From an uncultured Actinomycetes bacterium (GTDB taxonomy: Bacteria > Actinomycetota > Acidimicrobiia > IMCC26256 > JBBRZM01), in NCBI GenBank assembly GCA_963813635.1, contig CAWEZO010000002.1, positions 951,265-1,015,264 on the forward strand: a DNA stretch of 64,000 bases. The letters run 5' to 3'. Position 1 is the stretch's first letter; each line of letters begins with the position of its first letter. The notes beneath the pieces were generated by a model. It ran no database searches and was not told the origin of the DNA. It worked only from the letters and a program-made list of their open reading frames with translations. Of the stretch, positions 27,644-35,975 are shown piece by piece. The position numbers were made by a program, and so were the translations under genes.

Positions 27644-29053
27644 TCAGCCCCGAATCGGGCGGGCCTTCCAGAAATAATTGTGCATCCCCTGCACGGTGAA
27701 GAGGCGCCGGAACGTCATCTCGACCCGGTCGCCGAGCTTCACGTCTGACGCATCGCAATCGGTGAGCTCGCACGGAAAACGCCCGCCGCCGTCGAAGTCG
27801 ACGATGGCGGCGACGATCGGCGGGCTGGGCGAGTACGACACGTGGTCGACCGTGAACGTGACGATCGTCGCCGGCACGTCGGCCATCGGTGCGGCTTCCA
27901 TGTCGTCGATCGCGCCGCCCTTCCACGACACCCGTGCCGGCGGGAAGTGCATCGCTTCGGACGTGCGGTCGCGCGCCGCGACGAAGCCGAACTTCCAGTC
28001 GTGGTTGCGTCCCGCGGCCGAGGCTGACGGACGGTTGGGTTCCGGCCGGCGCGGGGGCTCGACCTCGAGCGCACCCCGCCAGCTGAGGAACTTGCTGTAC
28101 GGCAGGCCTTTGCTTCCGCTTTCGATCTGGGCTTGAACGCTGCGGGCGGGTGAGAACGACTTGATCGCGTCGGTGGTGCGGAACAATAGGACGTCGACGC
28201 CATCGGCGAGCGTGACGACCGCGATGATCTGGCCCGGCTTCGCTGTTTCGAGCGCGGCTGTGAGGAGCAGCGCCGCGTGCGCGGTGCCGGTGTTGCCCAC
28301 GGTTGCGCTCAGGTCGTTGACGAGTGTTTCCTTCGCGGTGCCGAGACGCTTCGCTGCACTCCGGACCGCGCGTGTGTGCATACCGGTGACGACGAGGCGA
28401 TCGATCTGCTCGGCCGTGACGTCAGCGGCTTTGAGCGCGGCGTTCCACGCCTGGTCGACGAGCGGCAGGTAGCGCGTCTCGCCGAAGCGTTCCTCCCAGA
28501 CGCGGGAGTGCGCGTCGCCGGGGCTCCGCCAGCGGTCGAGGAACTCCTCGGTAGCCGAGCCGCTCCCGAGATACTCGGCGATGACCGGGCCCTGCGCTTC
28601 GGTGCCGACGAGGAGCGCGGCGGCGGCGTCACCACCATCGCGTTCGTCGGCGCTGGTCGGGCGGCCGGTGCGGATATCGGAGCTGACCACCAGGGTGGCG
28701 CCGTCGTGCTCGAGCGCGCTGCGCAGCGCACCGACGGCCGACCGGGGCGCGCCGCCCATGTCGGCTGCGAACGCGGAGGAGTCGAGGCGCAGCGCGGCGT
28801 GGATCGCGGTGGCATTGGTCTTGTCGAGGTACGCGGGCACCGTGGTCGCGAAGGTGAGCGAGTCGGGCTGCACACCGCTGGCGGATCGCAACGCGAGCCG
28901 TCCGGCTTCGACACCCATGGTGGTGGTGTCTTCGTCGTATGACGCGACCGACCGTGTGCCCTTACCGCCGGCGCTCGCCATGACCTCGCCGATGGCCGCG
29001 CGTTGGAGCCGTTGATAGGGCACGTAGGCGGCGCAACTGATGATTCCTCGCAT
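27644..29053 (-). CDS. HMG-CoA synthase/FabH-like domain fused to C-terminal DUF35 OB-fold domain
   Basis: Start at ATG 29053 (MRGIISCAAYVPY...); the upstream 125 codons of track ORF 27644..29428 are Arg-rich shadow. The N-terminal ~330 aa are condensing-enzyme-like (VGNTGTAHAALLL). The C-terminal ~130 aa are DUF35 OB-fold-like (...TIVTFTVDHVSYSPSPP..VAIVDFDGGGRF...GDRVEMTF). Confidence 0.8.
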   Translation of the reverse strand: MRGIISCAAYVPYQRLQRAAIGEVMASAGGKGTRSVASYDEDTTTMGVEAGRLALRSASGVQPDSLTFATTVPAYLDKTNATAIHAALRLDSSAFAADMGGAPRSAVGALRSALEHDGATLVVSSDIRTGRPTSADERDGGDAAAALLVGTEAQGPVIAEYLGSGSATEEFLDRWRSPGDAHSRVWEERFGETRYLPLVDQAWNAALKAADVTAEQIDRLVVTGMHTRAVRSAAKRLGTAKETLVNDLSATVGNTGTAHAALLLTAALETAKPGQIIAVVTLADGVDVLLFRTTDAIKSFSPARSVQAQIESGSKGLPYSKFLSWRGALEVEPPRRPEPNRPSASAAGRNHDWKFGFVAARDRTSEAMHFPPARVSWKGGAIDDMEAAPMADVPATIVTFTVDHVSYSPSPPIVAAIVDFDGGGRFPCELTDCDASDVKLGDRVEMTFRRLFTVQGMHNYFWKARPIRG

Positions 29054-29148
29054 GCATGCAGGGAACCACGCCCTGATGCCACGACGCAAGGCGGGCGCTG
29101 CGTTTCGGCGGGGGCGGGTCGGCTCGGTGCCACTTGTAGGCTCCGGCC

Positions 29149-30399
29149 GTGCGTTTGGGAGACGTCGCCAACGCCGACGCGCAGCGTTGGGGCAAGCCAC
29201 TCGACGGGATCCGCGTGCTCGCGGCCGAGCAGATGCAGGCACTCCCCTACGCCACGCAGATGCTCGCCCGCATGGGCGCCGAGGTGGTGAAGGTCGAGCA
29301 TCCCGTCCACGGTGAGTCGGGGCGCGCGTCCACGCCGTCGATGCTCGACCCTTCGGGCCGTGCGGTCGGCGCCACGTATCTCCGCAACAACCTCGGCAAG
29401 CGCAGCGCCGGCATCGACCTGAAGACACCGGAGGGGCGTGAGCTGTTCCTGGCCTTGGTACCGCGCTTCGACGTGATCGCCGAGAACTTCAAGGCCGGCA
29501 CGATGGATCGTCTCGGCCTGGGCTACGACGTGATCGCCGCTGCCAACCCACGCGCCATCTACCTGTCGATCTCGGGATTCGGCAATACCGTCGACACGCC
29601 CTATCGCGACTGGCCCGCATACGCGTCGATCGCCGAGGCCATGTCGGGGATCTACGAGTACAAGAGCGGACCCGACCGTCCACCGGTCACGATTCCCGTC
29701 GGCGCGCTCGGTGACATCAGCTCGGCGTTGTTCGGGGTGATCGGCGTGCTTGCCGGGTTGCGGCACCGCGACCTGACCGGTGAAGGGCAGTACGTCGACA
29801 TCGCAATGCTCGACGCGATGGTTGCGATGACCGACGTGGTCACCAACTTCTGGTCGCTGGGTGTGCGGCCCGAGCCCGAGAAGGAGCTCGAGGTGATCTG
29901 CGAGGGCTTTCGCGCGTCCGACGGGTACGTGGTGGTGCAGATCATCCGCGAGCACCAGTTCGAACGGCTCGCGGATCTGGTGGGCGCGCCCGAATGGAAG
30001 GACGACCCGCGCTTCGCGACGCGCGCCGGTTGGGCGCCGCTGCTCGAGAGCGTGATTCGTCCTGCGGTGGAGTCATGGGCGTCGACGCGCACGAAGCTCG
30101 AAGCCGCTCAGGAGCTGACCGCGGCCGGGATCGCGGCGGGCCCGTCCAACGCGGCACCGGATGTGATCGCCGATCCGCACGTGGCCGCGCGCGACATGCT
30201 CGTGGAGATGCCGCGCACCGACGGCGTGGCCGAGCCCGTCCTCATTCCCGGTAACCCGGTGAAGATGTCGAAGGTCGCCGAGGGTCCGGAAACGCGGGTG
30301 CCGTGGGTGGGCGAACACACCGACGACGTGCTGCGCGCCGAGCTCGCCCTCGACGACACCCGACTCGCGGCCCTGCGCGCCGCCGGCGTCATCGCGTAG
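29149..30399 (+). CDS. CoA-transferase family III (CaiB/BaiF) protein
   Basis: 416 aa. Motifs LDGIRVLAAEQMQALPYATQMLARMGAEVVKVE, ...DVIAENFKAGTMDRLGLGYD..., ...ISGFG.... Confidence 0.85.
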   Translation: MRLGDVANADAQRWGKPLDGIRVLAAEQMQALPYATQMLARMGAEVVKVEHPVHGESGRASTPSMLDPSGRAVGATYLRNNLGKRSAGIDLKTPEGRELFLALVPRFDVIAENFKAGTMDRLGLGYDVIAAANPRAIYLSISGFGNTVDTPYRDWPAYASIAEAMSGIYEYKSGPDRPPVTIPVGALGDISSALFGVIGVLAGLRHRDLTGEGQYVDIAMLDAMVAMTDVVTNFWSLGVRPEPEKELEVICEGFRASDGYVVVQIIREHQFERLADLVGAPEWKDDPRFATRAGWAPLLESVIRPAVESWASTRTKLEAAQELTAAGIAAGPSNAAPDVIADPHVAARDMLVEMPRTDGVAEPVLIPGNPVKMSKVAEGPETRVPWVGEHTDDVLRAELALDDTRLAALRAAGVIA

Positions 30400-30408
30400 C
30401 TACCCCAG

Positions 30409-30454
30409 CGTTTGTGCAATCGGGCCCCCTATAGGGGCACCGATTGCACAAACG
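30409..30454. repeat. 46-bp palindromic intergenic repeat, family A, copy 1
   Basis: CGTTTGTGCAATCGGGCCCCCTATAGGGGCACCGATTGCACAAACG, between the CaiB-type gene stop (30399) and the ACAD start (30485). Confidence 0.9.
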
Positions 30455-30484
30455 GGGGGTGGCCAACCGTAAGATCGCAGCGGC

Positions 30485-31690
30485 ATGGACTTCGAGTTCT
30501 CTCCTGAGCAGCGGGCGTTCGCGGCCGATGTCGAGGTGTTTCTCGACGAGCACGACGACCCCGAGGTCTTCGACGTCACACGCGAGAACATGGCCCAGAT
30601 CGTCGACACGCCGAAGCGGCGCGCCTTCATGCGCGAGCTCGGCCGGCACGGGTGGCTCGGGCTCACCTGGCCCAAGGAGTACGGCGGCTCCGAGGGCGAA
30701 GGCGTCTACGAATACCTGCTGAACGAAGCGCTGGCGCGGCGGGGCGGACCGCAGATCGGCAAGGGCGTCGGCATCATCGGCAAGACGGTCATCGCGCACG
30801 GCAACGACTTCCTCAAGGAGAAGTTCCTGCCGATGATCCTCAACAACGACGTCGAGTTCGCCGTCGGCTACAGCGAGCCCAACGCGGGCTCCGATGCTGC
30901 ATCGATGCGCTTGAAGGCCGAGCCCGCCGAGCGCGACGGCAAGACCGGCTGGCTGCTCAACGGGCAGAAGACCTGGACGACGTCGGCCCACTTCGCCGAG
31001 TGGTACTGGCTCGGCACGCGCACCGACCCAAACAACAAGCACCGCGGCATCACGTTGATGCTCGTGCCGCTCGACGATCCCGGTGTGACGATCCGTGAGA
31101 TCTGGACGATGGGTGACGAACGCACCAACGAGGTGTTCATCGAAGACGTGTTCGTGCCCGACGAGTACGTGGTCGGCGAAGTCAACCACGGCTTCCAGTA
31201 CATCTCGCAGGCGCTCGACCTCGAGCGCTTCACGATGTTCACGTACTCACCGATGCAGCAGCGCCTCGACGTGCTGATCGACTACGTGCGCACCGCCACT
31301 CGTGACGGCAAGCCGCTGCGCGACGATCCGGTGATCCGCCACCGGCTGGCGCGACTCGTGACCGACGGCGAGGTCGCACGCGTGCTCGGGCTGAAGGTGG
31401 TCGCGGCCTCGATGAAGTCGGAGCACGACCGCAGCATCCCCCCGCCCACGGTCGAGTCGTCGAAGTACAAGCTGTTCGCGACCGAGTGGTCGCGGCGGCT
31501 CGCCGACGCGTCGATGGACATCGGCGCGCCCGGCAGCCAGTTGCGCGTGCACACGAAGACCGCGCCGATGGAGGGCCGGGCCGAGTCGACCTATCGCTAC
31601 ACCGTCATCGACACGATCGGCGGCGGCTCGTCGGAGATCCAGAAGAACATCATCGCCCGCCGGGGCCTCGGACTGCCGAAGAACTTCTAG
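30485..31690 (+). CDS. acyl-CoA dehydrogenase
   Basis: 401 aa with the ACAD pattern (WLGLTWPKEYGGSEG, VGYSEPNAGSDAAS, ...TIGGGSSEIQKNIIA). Confidence 0.9.
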   Translation: MDFEFSPEQRAFAADVEVFLDEHDDPEVFDVTRENMAQIVDTPKRRAFMRELGRHGWLGLTWPKEYGGSEGEGVYEYLLNEALARRGGPQIGKGVGIIGKTVIAHGNDFLKEKFLPMILNNDVEFAVGYSEPNAGSDAASMRLKAEPAERDGKTGWLLNGQKTWTTSAHFAEWYWLGTRTDPNNKHRGITLMLVPLDDPGVTIREIWTMGDERTNEVFIEDVFVPDEYVVGEVNHGFQYISQALDLERFTMFTYSPMQQRLDVLIDYVRTATRDGKPLRDDPVIRHRLARLVTDGEVARVLGLKVVAASMKSEHDRSIPPPTVESSKYKLFATEWSRRLADASMDIGAPGSQLRVHTKTAPMEGRAESTYRYTVIDTIGGGSSEIQKNIIARRGLGLPKNF

Positions 31691-32857
31691 ATGGCCTCGT
31701 CTCCACTCACGGGCATCACGGTGCTCGACCTCGCAAGCGTCGGCCCCGCGGCGCGCACGTCGCGCTGGCTCGCCGACTACGGCGCGATCGTCATCAAGGT
31801 CGCGCCCACACCGAAGCACGGCGCGGTGCAGATCACGCCGCCGTTCTACGCGTACAGCGGGCACCGGGGCATGAAGCGCGTGCAGCTCGACTTGAAGTCG
31901 GACGCCGGACGCGACGCGTTCCTGCGATTGGCGGGCGGCGCCGACGTTGTGATCGAGAGCTTCCGGCCCGGTGTCGTCGACCGGCTCGGCATCGGCTACG
32001 ACGCGGTACGCGCCATAAACGCAGGTGTCGTCTACTGCTCGACCACTGGCTACGGCCAGGACGGCCCGCACGCGCAGTGGGCCGGTCACGACCTCAACTA
32101 CCTCGCGGTCGGCGGCTACCTCGACTGTTCGGGCCGCGACGCCGAGGGCGGTCCGGCGTTGCCGGGCGCCACGATCGCCGACAGCGCGGGCGGCGGCATG
32201 CACGCGGCGATGGCGGTCCTCGCCGCGCTCGTCGCCCGGGCCGGCACTGGTGAGGGTGCGCATCTCGACGTGTCGGTCGCCGACGGCGTCGTGGCCCTGA
32301 TGTCGCTCTACATCGACGAGTACCTTGCCACCGGCGAGCTGCCGGGACCGCGCCACAACATCTTGACCGGCCGGTACGCGTGTTACGACATGTACCGCTG
32401 CGCCGACGATCGCTGGGTGGCCGTCGGCGCGATCGAGCCCGTGTTCTACGCCAACCTCTGCCGCGCGCTCGGCTGTGAGCAATGGACCGGGCACCAGACC
32501 GACGACGCGGCGCAAGACGAGATCCGGGCTGCGTTCCGGGCGGCGTTCGCGACCCGGTCGCGTGACGAGTGGGTCGCCGCGCTCGGTCCCGCCGACACGT
32601 GCGTCTCGCCGGTCGCGTCGGTAGCCGAGCTGGTCGACGACGAGCACCTCAACGCGCGCGGAGACTTTGTCGACGCCAAGCACGACATGCACGGCCCGTT
32701 CCGGCAGGTCGGCTGGGTGCTCGCGGGTATGGACCGGGCGCAGGACGCACCGCTTGTTCGCGACCCCGACGTCACCGATACCGACGAGCTACTGAGCGCG
32801 GCGGGCTACAGCGACGCCGAGATCGCGGCCCTGCGCGAGCACGGAGCGGTGGCATGA
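31691..32857 (+). CDS. CoA-transferase family III protein, alpha-methylacyl-CoA racemase-like
   Basis: 388 aa. Motifs LTGITVLDLASVGPAA, VVIESFRPGVVDRLGIGY and AGHDLNYLAVGGYL. The last resembles the racemase motif GHDINYLA as I recall it. Confidence 0.8.
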   Translation: MASSPLTGITVLDLASVGPAARTSRWLADYGAIVIKVAPTPKHGAVQITPPFYAYSGHRGMKRVQLDLKSDAGRDAFLRLAGGADVVIESFRPGVVDRLGIGYDAVRAINAGVVYCSTTGYGQDGPHAQWAGHDLNYLAVGGYLDCSGRDAEGGPALPGATIADSAGGGMHAAMAVLAALVARAGTGEGAHLDVSVADGVVALMSLYIDEYLATGELPGPRHNILTGRYACYDMYRCADDRWVAVGAIEPVFYANLCRALGCEQWTGHQTDDAAQDEIRAAFRAAFATRSRDEWVAALGPADTCVSPVASVAELVDDEHLNARGDFVDAKHDMHGPFRQVGWVLAGMDRAQDAPLVRDPDVTDTDELLSAAGYSDAEIAALREHGAVA

Positions 32858-33363
32858 GCGACCTGCCCGACGACGTCACCGAGCTCATCGGCAAGACGCA
32901 GTACGAGATCACGGGCGACTTCCCCGTCGAACGCGGCTACATCTGGACGTCGTGCGCGTCCGTCGAGAACGGCAACCCGCTCTTTTGGGACGACGCGGTC
33001 GCCGCCGAGCTGACCGACGGCCCCATCGCGCCGCCGACGATGCTGTCGGTGTGGTTCCGTCCGCATCACTGGGCGCCCGGACGCACGACCGAGGTGCTGC
33101 CGCTGCAGGTCCACTTCGACTTGAAGGAACGCTTCGGATTGCCCGAGGCGGTCATGACGGACAACACGATCATCTTTCACACGCCCGTCCGGCCGGGCGA
33201 CGTGCTGCGCACCCACCAGGTGCTGCGCTCGGTCAGCGAGCCGAAGACCACGAAGCTCGGTTCGGGCCGGTTCTGGGTGATCGACGTCGAGTACTTCAAT
33301 CAACGCGACGAGCTCGTGGGTGTCGAGTCGTACACCGGTTTCGGCTATCGGAGCGGCGAGTGA
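32854..33363 (+). CDS. hotdog-fold (MaoC N-terminal/FAS1-like) dehydratase subunit
   Basis: Start at ATG 32854, overlapping the previous stop (ATGA). 169 aa. It resembles the ChsH1-like partner of a heteromeric MaoC hydratase (...ENGNPLFWDD..., ...FWVIDVEYFNQRDELVG). Confidence 0.7.
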   Translation: MSDLPDDVTELIGKTQYEITGDFPVERGYIWTSCASVENGNPLFWDDAVAAELTDGPIAPPTMLSVWFRPHHWAPGRTTEVLPLQVHFDLKERFGLPEAVMTDNTIIFHTPVRPGDVLRTHQVLRSVSEPKTTKLGSGRFWVIDVEYFNQRDELVGVESYTGFGYRSGE

Positions 33364-33848
33364 TGGAGCCCGACATCAAACAGCTCACGCTTGCCGACGT
33401 GCACGACGGCGACGAGCTCCCGCCGCTCGCCTACGACGTGACCGCGACCACCGTCGTGCTCGGCGCGCTGGCGGCGCGCGACTGGCGGCCGATGCATCAC
33501 GACTACGACTTCGCGGTCAACCGCAACGGCACGCAGAACATCTTCTTGAACACGCCCAACCAGGCCGGGTGGTTCGAGCGCTACCTCACCGACTGGAGTG
33601 GACCGAAAGGTCGCCTCGGCCGGATGAAGTTCCGCATGCTCGGCTCGGTGTTCCCCGGCGACACGATGGTGCTCGCAGGGACCGTCGAACAGATCGAGAC
33701 CGACGATGCCGGGTGCGGCTGGGTCTCGCTGCTCGTCACGTTGTCGGTCGGCGTCGAGACGAAGACCGACTGCTCGGTGCGGCTCGCGTTGCCGGTCTCG
33801 GATGCCGATAACCCGTGGGCGCGCAGCGGCGGGTCGTGGAAGCCGTGA
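33363..33848 (+). CDS. MaoC-like (R)-specific enoyl-CoA hydratase subunit
   Basis: Start at ATG 33363 (GTGATG overlap). 161 aa with a hotdog pattern (...RDWRPMHHDYDFA..., ...GDTMVLAGTVEQIE...). Confidence 0.75.
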   Translation: MEPDIKQLTLADVHDGDELPPLAYDVTATTVVLGALAARDWRPMHHDYDFAVNRNGTQNIFLNTPNQAGWFERYLTDWSGPKGRLGRMKFRMLGSVFPGDTMVLAGTVEQIETDDAGCGWVSLLVTLSVGVETKTDCSVRLALPVSDADNPWARSGGSWKP

Positions 33849-33879
33849 CCGCCGGATCACGTCGACGAGGAGCGCGCTG

Positions 33880-35010
33880 ATGGCAGTCGATCTCGACTTC
33901 ACCGAGGAGCAGGAGATGCTGCGCGAGATGGTGCGCGGCGTCTGTGGCTCGTACGCGTCCGTCGATACCGTGCGGGAGCTCGAAGACGACCCGGTCGGTT
34001 ACTCGCGCGAGTTCTGGAAGCAGCTCGCGGCGCTCGACCTCATCGGGCTCATGGTGCCGGCCGAGTACGGCGGCTCCGGCATGACACTGCTCGAAGGCGC
34101 GGTCGTGTACGAAGAGCTGGGCCGCGCGCTCACGCCGTCACCACACTTCGTGAGCGCGGTCATGGCCGCCGGCGTGCTGTTGCGCGCGGGCAGCGACGAA
34201 CAGCAGCGCGAGCTGCTGCCGAAGATCGCGCGCGGCGAAGCGATCGTTACCACGGCGTGGCTCGAGCCCGAGCACGGCTTCGGCCCCGCCGGTGTCCAGC
34301 TGCGAGCGACACCCGACGGCGACGGCTTTCGTCTCGACGGCGAGAAGTGGCATGTGCCGTTCGCCGGCGCCGCGACGCATCTGCTCGTGCCGGCGCGCAC
34401 CGGCGACGGCGTGCACGACATCGACCTGTTCCTCGTACAGCCGTCGGCCACCGGCGTCACGATGGAGCAACAGCACACGATCGCTTCCGACACGCAGTAC
34501 GCGGTGACGTTGGACAGTGTGAGTGTGACGGCCGGCGATCGGATCGGCGCAGCGGGCTCGGGCTGGGGGACGTGGCACGACACGATGCTCGATGGCGTCA
34601 TCCTGCTCGCCGCGCAGGCCGTCGGCGGTGCGCAGTACGCCCTCGACATCACGGTGCAGTACGCCAAGGATCGCGAGCAGTTCGACAAGCCGCTGGGCGC
34701 GTTCCAGGCGATCGCGCATTACCTCGCGGACGCGTCGACCGCCGTCGACGGGGCGACCGTCCTCGTGCACGAGGCCGCGTGGGCGAGGGCGGACGGCAGG
34801 CCGGTCGACCGGCTCGCGCCGATGGCGAAGCTGTTCGCGTGCCAGACGTTCCGCGATGTCACCGCGATGGCACAGCAGGTGTTCGGCGGCGTCGGCTTCA
34901 CCCTCGACTACGACATCCAGCTCTACTTCCGGCGGGCGAAGGAGCTGCAAATCTCGTGGTGGGACGACCGCTACCTCGAGGACCTCATCGCCGCGACCGT
35001 GCTCGACTGA
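33880..35010 (+). CDS. acyl-CoA dehydrogenase
   Basis: Start at ATG 33880 (MAVDLDFTEEQEMLREMVR...). 376 aa with ACAD C-terminal pattern QVFGGVGFTLDYDIQLYFRRAK. Confidence 0.85.
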   Translation: MAVDLDFTEEQEMLREMVRGVCGSYASVDTVRELEDDPVGYSREFWKQLAALDLIGLMVPAEYGGSGMTLLEGAVVYEELGRALTPSPHFVSAVMAAGVLLRAGSDEQQRELLPKIARGEAIVTTAWLEPEHGFGPAGVQLRATPDGDGFRLDGEKWHVPFAGAATHLLVPARTGDGVHDIDLFLVQPSATGVTMEQQHTIASDTQYAVTLDSVSVTAGDRIGAAGSGWGTWHDTMLDGVILLAAQAVGGAQYALDITVQYAKDREQFDKPLGAFQAIAHYLADASTAVDGATVLVHEAAWARADGRPVDRLAPMAKLFACQTFRDVTAMAQQVFGGVGFTLDYDIQLYFRRAKELQISWWDDRYLEDLIAATVLD

Positions 35011-35138
35011 GCCACGGCAGCGGGCGAGCCGGTCCGAACGCCGGGGCGAGGGGTGCTTGACCTTCCTCGCGAATACCCGCATGCTGCACCGTCAAAGTGC
35101 ACCGGATTGGGTTGTGATCGGCTCTACAGAGGGGGTCT

Positions 35139-35807
35139 GTGGTGGATGATTCGATGAAGTGGGAGCGGTACGGCGCGCTCGCCGGGATCTTGGCCATCAT
35201 CCTCATCGTCGCCTCCGTCGTGGTCGCCGGGTCGCCGCCGAAGACGTCTGATTCGGCGGAAAAGATCTTGAAGTACTACCGCGACAACGAGGGCGGGCTC
35301 AAAGCCTCGGCGGTTCTCGGCGGGTTGGTGACGATACCGATCTTGTGGTGGGCAGCAACGCTGTGGGCAACGTTGCGCCGGGCCGACGGCGGCCAACCCG
35401 GCCTCGCGGTGGCAGCCGTGCTCGGCCTGGTGCTCACGGGGACGCTGCAGGCCGTTTCGGGCGCGATCAGCGCCACGGTGGCGCTCGAGCTCAAAAATGT
35501 CGGGCCGGCCGAGGCGAAGTTCTTCTACCTCCTGTCGTTCGGGCTGGGAGCAGCCGGGGCATTCGGGGTCGCAGTGCTCGTCCTCGCGACCTCGGCTGTG
35601 TCGTTGCGCACGAAAGTGTTTCCGGGGTGGTTGGGTGGGGCCGGCCTCGTGCTCGGCGCGGCGCTGATTGTGAGCGGGGCCTCGATCGCGAGCACGAGCG
35701 ACGGGCTCGCCGCACTGGGCTTGGTGTCGATTCTGCTCTGGGCCCTGTGGGTCATCGTCCTGAGCGTGCTGATGTTCCGCGCCAAGGAACCCACAACGGC
35801 GGTCTGA
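35139..35807 (+). CDS. hypothetical polytopic membrane protein (6 TM)
   Basis: 222-aa track ORF. GTG 35139 lies ~11 nt after GAGGGGG; the alternative start is ATG 35154. The protein is strongly hydrophobic and has no recognised domain. Confidence 0.6.
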   Translation: MVDDSMKWERYGALAGILAIILIVASVVVAGSPPKTSDSAEKILKYYRDNEGGLKASAVLGGLVTIPILWWAATLWATLRRADGGQPGLAVAAVLGLVLTGTLQAVSGAISATVALELKNVGPAEAKFFYLLSFGLGAAGAFGVAVLVLATSAVSLRTKVFPGWLGGAGLVLGAALIVSGASIASTSDGLAALGLVSILLWALWVIVLSVLMFRAKEPTTAV

Positions 35808-35975
35808 CCAAGTCAGCAGAGCTCGACGTAGAGGTCCGTGATCGCGCCGGCATCATCGACGGTGAAGCAATCGATCGTGCGAACGGCGTCGTCGCTCATC
35901 GGGCTGCGACCGACGAGCTCGACCGTCGCGGTGCGCGCGCCGGGCTCGGTCTCGACCCGCTCGACCGCGCGTCGT

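Noticed and set aside
27644-29428. The 594-aa version of the HMGCS-like/DUF35 ORF starting at 29428.
   Set aside because: The first 125 codons are Arg/Pro-rich. They overlap the divergent promoter region and the 5' end of the plus-strand CaiB gene. The homologous sequence begins at ATG 29053 (MRGIISCAAYVPY).
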